Shown piece by piece: positions 1 to 10,390 of a stretch of 22,507 nt of DNA. Under the pieces are notes generated by a model. That model ran no database searches. It saw only the letters and a program-made list of their open reading frames with translations, and was not told where the DNA came from. The position numbers and the translations under genes were made by a program. This DNA is from Octopus sinensis (taxonomy: Eukaryota), in NCBI RefSeq assembly GCF_006345805.1, contig NW_021836958.1, positions 1-22,507 on the forward strand, written 5' to 3'. Every line of letters starts with the position of its first letter. Within the stretch, counting starts at the first letter, position 1.

Positions 1-51
1 CAAAACCTAGCAATCTGGAACCCACACCATTGCACTGTCACCACTACTACA

Positions 52-97
52 TGACCCTGAAGATTGCATAATTTAATGCATGAAAAGTACTAGTTCA
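52..97 (+). ncRNA. Minimal type I hammerhead ribozyme motif (PLE-type), family 1
   Basis: TGACC-CTGAAGA-T-TGCAT(AATTTA)ATGCA-T-GAAA-AGTACT-A-GTTCA. CUGANGA and GAAA core, 5-bp stem II, palindromic stem III AGTACT with one extra A, stem I TGACC/GTTCA (4 of 5 pairs). Confidence 0.7.
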
Positions 98-219
98 ATC
101 AGAATGAACATTTAACATTCTACTATTTTATTTTATTCATTATATTATATGATATTATATATCATTTAAAGATGGTAAATAAAACGTGAAAATCAGACAA
201 GGTTGGAATTCCTTTTATT

Positions 220-397
220 AATATATATATACATATATTATCTAAATGTAGCGCGCGCGTGTTGTGCATACATTACATATATATAATATATTATATATAT
301 ATATATATAGATATATATATATATCTATATAATATATATATATATACAAATACATACATACATACATATCTATATATATACACATACTACATACAAC

Positions 398-429
<32 letters not shown>

Positions 430-440
430 TATTATATATA

Positions 441-480
<40 letters not shown>
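220..480. repeat. (TA)n-rich microsatellite tract
   Basis: Imperfect TA/CATA run. A similar (TA)/(CA) tract lies at ~705-900. Confidence 0.95.
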
Positions 481-526
481 GCGCAGGCGTAGGGTGTGCG
501 ACAAGAAGTTTACTTCCCAACATCAT
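480..526 (+). mobile_element. 5' fragment of SINE family B
   Basis: GGCGCAGGCGTAGGGTGTGCGACAAGAAGTTTACTTCCCAA resembles the head of the full copy at 10727-11140 (minus strand). Confidence 0.6.
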
Positions 527-705
527 GATAGATCGTTAGCCAATACACACATTTTTTTCTCTCCTTGTTTTCTGTGTCCCTTTCTGTAGAAGAGCGTAGG
601 TTCGAAACGTAAAAGACTTTTCTATTTCTGAGCGTATATACTAATATCTGTTTGTTTTGTACACACCTGTCTCGTCTTTTGTTATTTTTTCGTAAACTCT
701 CTGTG
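527..705 (+). mobile_element. Short PLE pLTR-like element carrying a variant hammerhead at 580-615 (family 2)
   Basis: CTTT-CTGTAGA-A-GAGC(GTAG)GTTC-GAAAC-GTA-AAAG. Stem I CTTT/AAAG, stem II GAGC/GTTC, loopless stem III ACGT. Pyrimidine-rich flanks, ends in (TA)n. Confidence 0.6.
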
Positions 706-708
706 TAT

Positions 709-740
<32 letters not shown>

Positions 741-748
741 TATAATAT

Positions 749-788
<40 letters not shown>

Positions 789-799
789 TATATATATAT

Positions 800-831
<32 letters not shown>

Positions 832-1162
832 ATATATATATAATATATATATATACATACAATATATATACACGCATACCCATATATATATAATATGTAT
901 GTATGTATATTTAAAACTTACGTATATTTATGTATGTAAATAAATTTATTTACACATGTATCTGCTATATGCATGTCTGTGCGTGTGTGATTCTGTGCAC
1001 ACATGCGCTAGCATACACTCTCCCGTACAATACATCCAACTGCAAGCACATGTAGGAAGGTAGGTAGGAAAGTTGAAAAGGTGTAAAAGATGGCGGACGT
1101 ATTTACCTGAGGTAAACTTTTGATGATTCATGATCCGTAGACTAACAGATCGAGAATGATTT

Positions 1163-1280
1163 ATAGAGAGAGAGAAAGAGGGAGGTAGACGGGGTGATGG
1201 GAGGGAGAGGGAAGGAGGAAGAGAGGCAGAGAGAGAGAGAGGAAGAGAGGGAAGGAGGGAGAGGGAGGGAGAGAGGGAGA
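1163..1280. repeat. GA-rich polypurine tract
   Basis: (GA)n/GGAG low-complexity run. Confidence 0.9.
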
Positions 1281-1969
1281 ATGGGATTCATTTCACTTAT
1301 CCCTTTATAACTAGTGAAGCACCTGTTCCATAATTGTTTTACATTTTATGTATGTATGTATGTAAGTATGTGTGTATGTGTATGCGTGTATTTATGTATT
1401 CATGGACGTACGTATGGAGACATGTTTGTATATATTCGTATGTATGTGTGCGTATGTCGAGGTATATGTGCATGAATATGTTTATATACACAAATATATG
1501 TATATATACATACATATGTATGCGTGTGTGTGCGCGCAGGTATCTATATTTATTTGCGTGCTTGTATGTATGCAAGAATGTACGGTATGATACTTTTTTT
1601 TTAATATCATTTAATCATATGAATTCTTCGTAGAAAGAAAGAACTGCTTTCTTAAAAAGAAACGAAGTGCTATTGCTGAAATTTGGGTAACAAACACGAT
1701 GAGTATTACACTTGAAAAAAAGCCTTGCATACTCTCCTGTTCCGCTCTCAGATTGTATTTGTAAAGTCTGTGCTTGCTCCTCGCTTTCTTTGCCTCAAAT
1801 CTTTTGGAGATCGTCACATTTACTAATTTAGTCAAACAATCCAATGATTCTATAAATATGGAATTATAATCAGGATAGAGAAACCGTAGATTTCGAAGTG
1901 GCTGTCTAGAAATATGCTCAATATCTTTGATTTTGGAATGAAATGTTCACTTTCTGTGTAAGAGAGATA

Positions 1970-2056
1970 GGCGCAGGAGTGGCTGTGTGGCAAGGAGCTC
2001 GCTTACCAGCCACATGGTTCGGGGTTCAGTCCCACTACGTGACACCTTGGACAAGA
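1970..2056 (+). mobile_element. 5' fragment of SINE family B
   Basis: GGCGCAGGAGTGGCTGTGTGG (A-box-like)...GGGTTCAGTCCC (B-box-like)...GACACCTTGGACAAG. Confidence 0.85.
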
Positions 2057-2159
2057 TTCATTTAATATACTCGAAGATACGTACAGCTAATTCATGCGTA
2101 TTAAATAAGATATTTATTATTAATTCAGTCTCATAATATATTATTAATTATATTTTTAA

Positions 2160-2818
2160 TCTTGGCACAAGAGCAGTAATTTTGCAGGGAGAGGAAGAAC
2201 AAGTCGATTACATCGATCCCAGTTCTTGACTGATATTTATTTTATCGATCCTGAAAAGATGAAAGGCAAAATTGACCTGGGCGGTGTTTGAACTCGGAAC
2301 CTAATGAAGCGGAAAAAATGCTGCTAAGTATTTTGTCTGGTGTACTAACGATTCTTCCAGATCACTACCTTAGATATACTATAAGTATTATTTTCTTATT
2401 TTGGCGCAAAGCCTGCAATTTTGAGGGCTGGGCAAGTCAATTACATCGCCCCCTGTGCACAGATGGTTCTTATTTTATCCACTCCGAAAGAAAGAAAGAC
2501 AAAGTCGACCTCAGAGGAATTTGAACTCAGAACGTAAAGACGGGCGAAATGCCGCTAAGCATTTTTCCCCGGCGTGCTAACGATTCTTATTTCTTTATTA
2601 CCCACAAGGGGCTAAACACAGAGGGGACAAACAAGGACAGACAAAGGGATTAAGTCGATTAGATCGACTCCAGTGCGTAACTGGTACTTATTTAATCGAC
2701 CCCAAAAGGATAAAAGGCAAAGTCGACCTCGGCGGAATTTGAACTCAGAACGTAGCGGCAGACGAAATACTACTAAGCATTTTGCCCGGCGTGCTAACGT
2801 TTCTGCCAGCTCGACGCC
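2160..2818 (-). mobile_element. Three tandem copies of tRNA-derived SINE family A
   Basis: Units at ~2160-2370, ~2400-2587 and 2588-2818. Minus strand shows head GGCGNCGAGCTGGCAGAAACGTTAGC, B-box GAGTTCAAATTCC and central GTCGACTTTGCCTTTCATCCTTTCGGGGTCGAT-like domain. Confidence 0.9.
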
Positions 2819-3804
2819 CTATGTATACTGCTAATATTGAGTACGAATCTGTAGCACAGTGCAGTGGACACCGGACTATTGTAAATGTAATGGAAAACAA
2901 TTTCATTTCTTATATAGAAGATAACGTTTCAAGAGAAATCCAATATTCTTCCTCCATTCCACAGAAATGCCACCATTTATGACAATGCTGCACCATTTAC
3001 AATTCCTTTTCAACATGTGCACCACTGAGCATTCTGCTAGTTGCAAATAGTTTTGGCAACATTATCATATTTTCTGTGGGGAAAATAATACCTTGTAGAA
3101 ATTTCTTGGCAACCACTGATGAATTGAGTGATAACTTCTTCACTGATATGGCGCAGTCGACATTATCCATCACAACTTGGAGATTTTGCGGTATCATTTC
3201 CTTTTTAATTGATCAGACATTTAGCAGTTATGTCCCGTTCGTCTTCCATCTTCCCTCAAATTTGCTGTTTATGCGCCTAAATCAGAAATCATTATCTTCC
3301 TGTTCTCAAAATCTTTTAAGTCCTCTAATAACGTGTTTGTGACATCTGAAAGTAATTAACTTTTCCTGTATTTTTTAATACTATATAAAAGTTCTGTTGG
3401 TAAATAATATTCTTTGCTCCCTACTGATATGTCACCTTCTGGCTTTCATTTCTTCGGATATAATATTAAATTACAAATGAAATCTTTCTACACACAACAC
3501 GGCATTACATTTCTACGTTTTCTTGCCTGTGTGGTCATGCTGTTTATTACCACTTTCTATATATATATTATAAGCGGTTTCTGTTGCCCAGTATCCCCCA
3601 TTGGTGTTGTTGTCATCATCGTTGCTGCAGTCATTATCACAGCTGTTGACATTGTAGTTATTGGTTTTAAAAAATATCTTAAATCTTAATATTTTTAATA
3701 TTGACATTATCATAAATTAAGTCACTGTTTGAACCTGATGTCGTCATCGCAACTTCGCCCCCCCCCCATTATTATTATTATTACCGTTCACATCACCATC
3801 AGCA

Positions 3805-4911
3805 ATTTCGGGGTGGCGCTAAGTCGATCACGTCTTCAACTGGTACTTATTTTATCGACCTCAAAAGGATGAAATGCAAAGTCGACCTCGGTGGAATTTG
3901 AACTCAGAACGTAAAGACAGAAGAAATGCCGTTTAGCATGTTGCTCGGCATGCTAATAATTCTGACAGCTCATCGTCCTCTGTCATATAGATATTTATTT
4001 CGTTATTGCCCACAGGGGGCTAAGCATCGAGGGGGTAAACAAGGACAAAAGTTGATTACATCGATCCCAGTGCGTATCTGGTACTTATTTGATTGACCAC
4101 AAAAGGATGAAAAGCAAAGTCAACCTTGGTGGAAATTGAACTCAGAACGTAGCGGCAGACGAAATACCTATTTCTTTATTACCCACAAGGGGCTACACAC
4201 AGAGGGGACAAACAAGGACAGACAAACGGATTAAGTAGATTACATCGATCCCAGTGCGTAACTGTACTTAATTTATTGACCCCGAAAGGATGAAAGGGCA
4301 AATTTGAACTCAGAATGTAACGGCAGACGAAATACCGCAAAGCATTTCGCCCGGCGTGCTAACGTTTCTTATTTCTTTATTGTCCACAAGGGGCCAAACA
4401 CAGAGGGGACAAACAAGGACAGATAAACAGGTTAAGTCGATTACATCGACCCCAGTGCGTAACTGGTACTTAATTTATAGACATCAAAAGATGAAAGGTA
4501 AAGTCGACCTCGGCGGAATCTGAACACCTATTTTTTACTACCCACATGGGGCTAAACACAGAAAGGACAAACAAACGGATTAAGTCGATGAGATCGACTC
4601 CAGTGCGTAACTGGTACTTATTTAATCGACCCCGAAATACCACAAAGCTACGTTCTGAGTTCAAATTCCGCCGAGGTTGACTTTGCCTTTCATCCTTTTG
4701 GGGTCGATAAATTAAGTACCAGTTACGCACTGGGGTTGATGTAATCGACTTGATCCGTTTGTCTGTCCTTGTTTGTCCCCTCTGTGTTTAGCACCTTGTG
4801 GGTAGAAAGGCAAAGTCGACCTCGGCGGAATTTGAACTCAGAACGTAGTGGCAGACGAAATACTGCTAAGTATGTCGCCCGGCGTGCTAACGTTTCTGCC
4901 AGCTCGCCGCC
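3805..4911 (-). mobile_element. Cluster/tandem array of SINE family A (about 5 minus units) with a nested plus-strand unit at 4647-4805
   Basis: Repeated TATTTCTTTA..CCCACAAGGGGCTAAACACAGAGGGGACAAACAAGGAC...GGAATTTGAACTCAGAACG units. Array ends GCCAGCTCGCCGCC at 4911. Confidence 0.9.
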
Positions 4912-4974
4912 CTCTTAATATATATATATACACACACATATAAGTATATATATATATATATACACATATATCAC

Positions 4975-5141
4975 ACACACTAAGGTGTTCCTCAGTTTCC
5001 GTCAACCAAATTCACTCATGAGGTAGTTGTCTGGTTCGGAGCTATAATAGAAGATATTTGCGTTAGGTGCTGCGCAGAGGGACCGGACTCAATACCATGT
5101 GGTAGCAACATGAGCTCCTTTACCACGCAAGAATGCCTGCC
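4975..5141 (-). mobile_element. Diverged SINE family B, 5' half
   Basis: CAGTTTCCGTCAACCAAATTCACTCA...GCTATAATAGAAGA...ACCATGTGGT aligns by eye to 10992-11140. Confidence 0.75.
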
Positions 5142-5196
5142 ATAAAAAAAGGGAGAACCTTCCTCTCCTCACAGCATGACTATTTGGTAGTCTATG

Positions 5197-5237
5197 AGGC
5201 GTCGTTTCACGCACAAAGCGTGCGTAACCTCAGGCGT
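5197..5237 (-). ncRNA. Degenerate minimal hammerhead ribozyme motif, family 3
   Basis: Minus strand ACGC-CTGAGGT-T-ACGCAC(GCTTT)GTGCGT-GAAAC-GAC-GCCT. Perfect 6-bp stem II and correct spacing, but two core substitutions (A9U; GUC to GAC). Confidence 0.5.
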
Positions 5238-5451
5238 ATCTCCAAATACACGTGACTACAGAGATGAAATAATGAAGTGTATTGAAGAATCGTGTGAAAA
5301 TAGTTTCCCAGCTAAGTATTACACCTTAATATTCACCGTTTCACTGCTGCTCTGTCACGCATGAATGTCTCTTTAAAGGAACACCTGTGAAGGAGACAAC
5401 CTGGTGGTCCCACATTGCTATCAGCTTTGCTAATCTCCAAATCTTTAAATC

Positions 5452-5700
5452 TTTCACTTTTACTTGTTTCAGGCTTTAGACTGCGCCCATGCCGAGGCAC
5501 CACCTTGATGAGTTTTAGCTGAACAGATCGATCCCAGTAGTCTATATTTAAAACAAAGAACAAAACAAAACATCTGGTAATTATTCTATTGGATACTGTT
5601 GCCGAATCGCTAAGTTATGGAGACGTAAACAAACCAACACCCGTTGTCAAGCGTTGATAGGTGGTGCGAAAAGACACAAACACAAAGACACGTACTTATA
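5452..5700 (-). mobile_element. SINE family B, 3' half
   Basis: CTTTTACTTGTTTCAG...GCCGAATCGCTAAGTTATGGAGACGTAAAC...GGTTGTCAAGC-like motifs, followed by (CATA)n at ~5698-5755. Confidence 0.8.
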
Positions 5701-5767
5701 CATACATACATACATACATACATACATACATACATACATACATACATACATACACATATATATATAT

Positions 5768-5993
5768 ATATTTCTTTATTGCCCACAAGGGGGCTAAACA
5801 CAGAGGGGACAAACAAGGACAGACAAACGGATTAAGTCGATTACATCGACCCCAGTGCGTAACTGGTACTTATTTAATCGACCCCGAAAGGATGAAAGAC
5901 AAAGTCGACCTCGGCGGAATTTGAACTCAGAACGTAACGGCAGACGAAACACCGCCAAGCATTTCGCCCGGCGTGCTAACGTTTCTGTCAGTT
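5768..5993 (-). mobile_element. SINE family A, young near-full-length copy
   Basis: Close reverse complement of 16652-16883. Confidence 0.92.
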
Positions 5994-6107
5994 AGAAAGC
6001 GGTGAGCTGGCAGAAACGTTAGTAGTCATGAAGTTGATTCGATCCACCGTAGCCAAATTTAAATTAACAGTTCAACAGAATTTTTCTTACGGTGAAACAA
6101 TAGTTTT

Positions 6108-6871
6108 TGTGTAATAGTAGTTTTACATTTGCCAGATTGCCTTAGCTAGGCCGAAATAATGTCTTCACCACTTGACCCTTCTAGCCCCTTCTATTTCACC
6201 AAAAGTTAGAATTAAGATAACAAATACCACCAACTAAATCTATGTCTATCCTTCTGGATAGTTATAAAAACAAGAAACCCCAAGCAAAAATCAATTAGTG
6301 ACTTGGTGACAACTGAATTAGTCGGCTCGTGACAACTCAGTCAGTTAGTTAATGTATGATAACTCGAGTCAGAGACAGCTACCATCAGTTAAGGAGCAGA
6401 ACGCTAGAATCATGATCCAAGGCAAGGCAGCTACTAAAGACAATGGTCAAATGGAGAAATGAAATTGACTGTCAGCAGCTATGAGACCCATCTTCCCACA
6501 CTCTCTCACTTCCATTAACTCACCTTGTCTTCTCTGCACATTACCATATCTCTCTGTGTGGTTTACTACTACAATTAGAACACACTGGCCGAAATTAACA
6601 TTTGTACTTCGCACGCTCTAGGATTTTATCACCTGCCCGTCGAGGCAAGGTGTATTCGATGTAACGGTACATAAATATTTTCTTCACAATTTCAATCACT
6701 GTTCATCTTTCATCTTTACATAATGGCTATCAACGAAGAACTAATCCTCACACACTGATCACGACTCCGACATTCCATCCTACTGTGTACCAAATCCATC
6801 GTATTGTTTACAAATCAATCTCAACAGAAACAATCTCAACCTCAACCATTACAAACTTTTACTGTTACACA
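6108..6871. mobile_element. Candidate solo LTR (TG...CA)
   Basis: Starts TGTGTAATAGTA and ends TACTGTTACACA (11/12 inverted match). About 760 bp, non-coding, with short internal GTGACAACT repeats near 6295-6370. No clean TSD. Confidence 0.35.
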
Positions 6872-6934
6872 TTGGTAACTTCAACCGTATACAAAATAAA
6901 ATTCTATCGTTATATATATATATATATAGGCATA

Positions 6935-7188
6935 CACAAAGCAACACCGGTTGTCAAGCGTTGACAGGTGGTGAAGAAAGACAAAGAGACAAAGATATGT
7001 ACTCATACACATTCACACACGCACACATATATAGGCATACACAAATATATACGACGAGCTTCTTTCAGTTTCTCTCTACCAAATGTATTCACAACGCCTT
7101 GGTCGACCCGAATCTATAGTAGAGGGCACCTGCCTGAGGTGCCATGCGGTGGGACTGAACTGGAAACCTTACCACACAAGCATGCCTT
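6935..7188 (-). mobile_element. SINE family B, diverged
   Basis: CAACACCGGTTGTCAAGCG...ACGACGAGCTTCTTTCAGTTTC...GGTGCCATGCGGTGGGACTGAAC. Confidence 0.8.
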
Positions 7189-7536
7189 ATAGCTTTTACT
7201 CCCTGTTTAACGACTTGCAAAAAATAACAACTGAAACCACAGTTAAATCACACCACACCCTCTTAAAAATTGCAGGACATATAGGTCAACGGGTACCATT
7301 TACGTTATTATTCCAGATGGCAACCACATCGAATGTAATGTAATGTTGTTTTTTTTTAGTTGGGTTTCTTGATTTAACAACCAAAGTAGAGATTATCGAC
7401 ATGTTATCGACCGTTTTGTTACGACTAAGTATAAATTATAGGCCAAGTAGTTTTCTGCTTTTATGACTCAGAATTTTCTTTCATTGAATGACAGTTTACA
7501 AACAGTCCCTTCGTATATTTCTTTGCAACAACAACA

Positions 7537-7868
7537 ATCCTTGCTAATAAAGGCACATGCGTGAAATTTTCGGGGAGGGGGCTACACGATTTCATCGATC
7601 CCAGTGTTTTACTGGTACTTAATTTATCGACCCCGACACGATGAAAGCCAAAGTATACCTCGGCGGAATTTGAACTAAGATCGTAAAGAGGTACGAAATA
7701 CCTATTTCTTTACTACCCACAAGGGGCTAAACACAGAGGGGACAAACAAGGATAGACAAACGGATTAAGTCGATTACATCGACCCCAGTGCACAACTGGT
7801 ACTTAATTTATCGACCCCGAAAGGATGAAAGGCAAAGTTAACCTCGGCGGAATTTGAACTCAGGACGT
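7537..7868 (-). mobile_element. SINE family A dimer (older unit plus younger unit), head truncated
   Basis: Junction GAAATACC|TATTTC at 7695-7708. Confidence 0.88.
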
Positions 7869-7890
7869 GATTTTGATTCCCTACAGGGTA

Positions 7891-9157
7891 CGAGGGGCGT
7901 TCAATAAGTAATGCCCCTGACCCACTTGCAGTTGTTTGATCTAGCTGAAATTTTGCATGTGCACTTATTTATACCTCTATAGATTAAGTGGCGAATTACA
8001 GCTCTGAACTAATTGTTGTTTCTGATTTACAGATCTTTGAACTGAGTCAAGTGTGAAATGGAGCCTGTTGAGTGTCGAGCAGTGATCTGGTTTTTGTATT
8101 TGAAAGGACGCACACCACGGGAGACTTTTGATGAAATGAAAGTAACTTATGGTGATGATGCCCCATCATATGACCTTGTAAAACGCTAGCATTGTGAATT
8201 CAAACATAGTCGGAACTCTGTGGAAACAGCTCTCAGATCTGGTCGCCCCCTTCTGCCGTTGATGAGACGTCTGTCCGTCAAGTTGAGGCTGCCATTTTGG
8301 AAGGTCAACGCATAACTATTCGCCAAATAGCCCATAAGGTCAAGATTAGTACCGGGTCTGTGGAAACTATCATCCATGACCATTTGCATATGCTAAAGGT
8401 GTCTGCCAGATGGATTTCCAGGTTGCTCACACCTTTCCAGAAGCAAGAACGCGTTGAGTGCTCGAGGATGAATTTGGAGATGTGCCAAGATGAGTCAAAA
8501 TTTTTCAAAAGACTGATCACACAGGATAAAACCTGGGTCCATCACTATGATCCATAGACCAAAGCCCAGTCAATGCAGTGAAAGCACCGTGACTCACCTC
8601 CTCCAAAGAAGGCAAGGGTGCAGCCCTCCGCTGACAAGGTTATGCTCACAGTCTTCTGGGACCAGGACGGAGTAGTGGTGACAGATTTCCTGGCAAAGGG
8701 TACCTCAATTACAGGAGCCTATTATGCTTCACTTTTGAGGAAATTAAGAGAAGCTATCAAAATCAAGAGGCGGGGCAAGATCAGCAAAGGCATCCTCCTC
8801 CTGCAGGACAACGCTCCAGTCCACAACTCGCGTGTCGCCAGATCAGAAGCACAGGCGTGCAGCTATGAACTCCTCCCCTTGCACCCTCTGATTTTCACCT
8901 CTTCCCAGCCATGAAGTTGATTTTGAAAGGAAAGCGTTTCCCAGATGATGCAGCCTTGATTTCTGAAGTCACTTCGTGGTTGGAGGACCAAGCTGGGGTC
9001 TTCTACAAAAACGGTCTCCAGAGCTGTATCAAACGATGGGAGAAATGCATAACTCTGGGTAGTTCCTATGTAGGAAAAGACTAATAATTGTGCCAAGTGT
9101 CGTTGCTCTATTGCTATGGGAAGTGGGTCAGGGGCATTACTTATTGAACGCCCCTCG
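7891..9157 (+). mobile_element. Full-length mariner (Tc1/mariner, DD34D type) DNA transposon, 1267 bp
   Basis: Perfect 37-bp TIRs CGAGGGGCGTTCAATAAGTAATGCCCCTGACCCACTT at 7891-7927 and 9121-9157. TA at 7889-7890; CA (mutated TA) at 9158-9159. Confidence 0.97.
8058..9084 (+). pseudogene. Mariner transposase pseudogene
   Basis: MEPVECRAVIWFLYLKG..., SGRP, RITIRQIA, ARWISRLLT, ITQDKTWVHHYDP, KVMLTVFWD, LLQDNAPVH, LAPSDFHLF, RWEKCI. Stops at 8187, 8555 and 8579, a frameshift near 8250, and loss of HPPYSPD near 8877 with a frameshift. Confidence 0.95.
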
Positions 9158-9164
9158 CATATTC

Positions 9165-9225
9165 TGTTTTTATTCTTTTATTTGTTTCAGTCATTTGACT
9201 GCAGCCATGCTGGAGCACCGCCTTG
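9165..9225 (-). mobile_element. SINE family B 3' tail fragment
   Basis: TCTTTTATTTGTTTCAGTCATTTGACTGCAGCCATGCTGGAGCACCGCCTT. Confidence 0.85.
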
Positions 9226-9244
9226 TTCAGCCTTTTTCAAAGAA

Positions 9245-9450
9245 TTACATAACTCTCATCTCCTTCAAATTAGGACCCACTGATTTCACTACGTTGTAGG
9301 TCACCAACCACTTCGTGAAGGCTCCATGGAAGCCCTCCAAATTGAAGATATCCAGGTCCCTTGTCACAGCCTCCTTTAACTTTTCAATGTCTTCAAAACG
9401 ACTGCCTCTCAGTTTCTCCTTCAGCTTACGAAACGACATAAAGTCACATG
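9245..9450 (-). pseudogene. C-terminal fragment of a second, different mariner transposase
   Basis: CDFMSFRKLKEKLRGSRFEDIEKLKEAVTRDLDIFNLEGFHGAFTKWL matches the mariner C-terminal pattern DF.LF..LK..L.G.RF. Confidence 0.8.
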
Positions 9451-9465
9451 TAACACGTTGTAGAC

Positions 9466-10382
9466 CAAGGCTGGCCAACCTGAGGCCTCTAAGCTTGCGG
9501 TCCGCAGACTTTTAACTTGCGGCCCGCTCGATACTTTCTTGAAATGAGTTTATTTAAACAAACATTTAAAAAATTTTACTAAAAATTAAAGATTGTAATG
9601 GAAAAGTAAAAAAGAAAGATACTACTGTTTTTGCAACGATAATATTTCATGGTAAATCAACGATCATTCCTTCATTATTGTAATAATAAGCATGAGAAAG
9701 CAAAATGCTTTCAATTCTTATTTCTTAATTGCCCACAAGGGGCTAAACATAGAGGGGACAAACAAGGACAAACAAACGGATTAAGTCGATTAGATCGACC
9801 CCAGTACGTAACTGGTACTTAATATATCGACCCTGAAAGGATGAAAGGCAAAGTCGACCTTGGCGGAATTTGAACTCAGGACGGAGTGACGAGCGAAATA
9901 CCTATTTCTTTACTACCCACAAGGGGCTAAACGCAGAGAGGACAAACAAGGACAGACAAACGGTTAGATCGACCCCAGTGCGTAAGTGGTACTTAATTTA
10001 TCAACCCCGAAAGGATGAAAGGCAAAGTCGACCTTGGCGGAATTTGAACTCAGGACGGAGTGACGAGCGAAATACCTGTTTCTTTACTACCCACAAGGGG
10101 CTAAACACAGAGAGGACAAACAAGGACAGACAAACGGATTAAGTCGATTACATTGACCCCAGTGCGTAACTAGTACATAATTTATCAACCCCGAAGAATG
10201 AAAGACAAAGTCGACCTTGGCGGAATTTGAACTCAGAACGTAACGGCAGACGAAATAGCACGGTGTGCTAACGTTTCTGCCAGCTCGCCACCCTATGCTT
10301 TCAATTCTGTCCGTATACAAGCAGCCCTCAAAAAACTTTCTGTGATTAAAGTGATCTTTGTAATTCGAGTTGGCCAGGCCTG
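9466..10382. mobile_element. hAT (Charlie/Buster-type) MITE 1, interrupted by a SINE trimer
   Basis: TIRs CAAGGCTGGCCAAC / GTTGGCCAGGCCTG (12/14). 8-bp TSD TTGTAGAC (9458-9465) / TTCTAGAC (10383-10390) fits NTCTAGAN. Subterminal TGCGGCCC-like motifs. Confidence 0.85.
9719..10294 (-). mobile_element. SINE family A trimer with a single 14-bp TSD
   Basis: ATGCTTTCAATTCT at 9705-9718 and 10295-10308. Junctions at 9902/9903 and 10076/10077. Confidence 0.93.
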
Positions 10383-10390
10383 TTCTAGAC

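Larger units (their letters stand above)
1715..3420 (-). pseudogene. Old decayed R4/Dong-like non-LTR retrotransposon (CCHC knuckle to RLE end), split by SINEs at ~1970-2820
   Basis: Manual minus-strand translation. About 3050-3270 reads ERDITAKCL...CDG*CRLRHISEEVITQFISGCQEISTRYY...YDNVAKTI. About 1715-1900 reads LRNLRFLYPDYNSIFI and LQIQSESGT, matching LRNLQLL*PDYKFRFIP and LQIQSITRT in the 12563-12905 copy. Boundaries approximate. Confidence 0.7.

Noticed and set aside
8297-8914. ORFs 8297-8557 and 8618-8914 as separate functional genes
   Set aside because: They are pieces of one disrupted mariner transposase.
9719-10294. Regularly spaced repeats resembling a CRISPR array (also 3993-4911 and the TTCGAAAACAA repeats near 13700)
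   Set aside because: Units are whole SINE bodies or MITE subterminal repeats with no unique spacers. Eukaryotic context and no cas genes.
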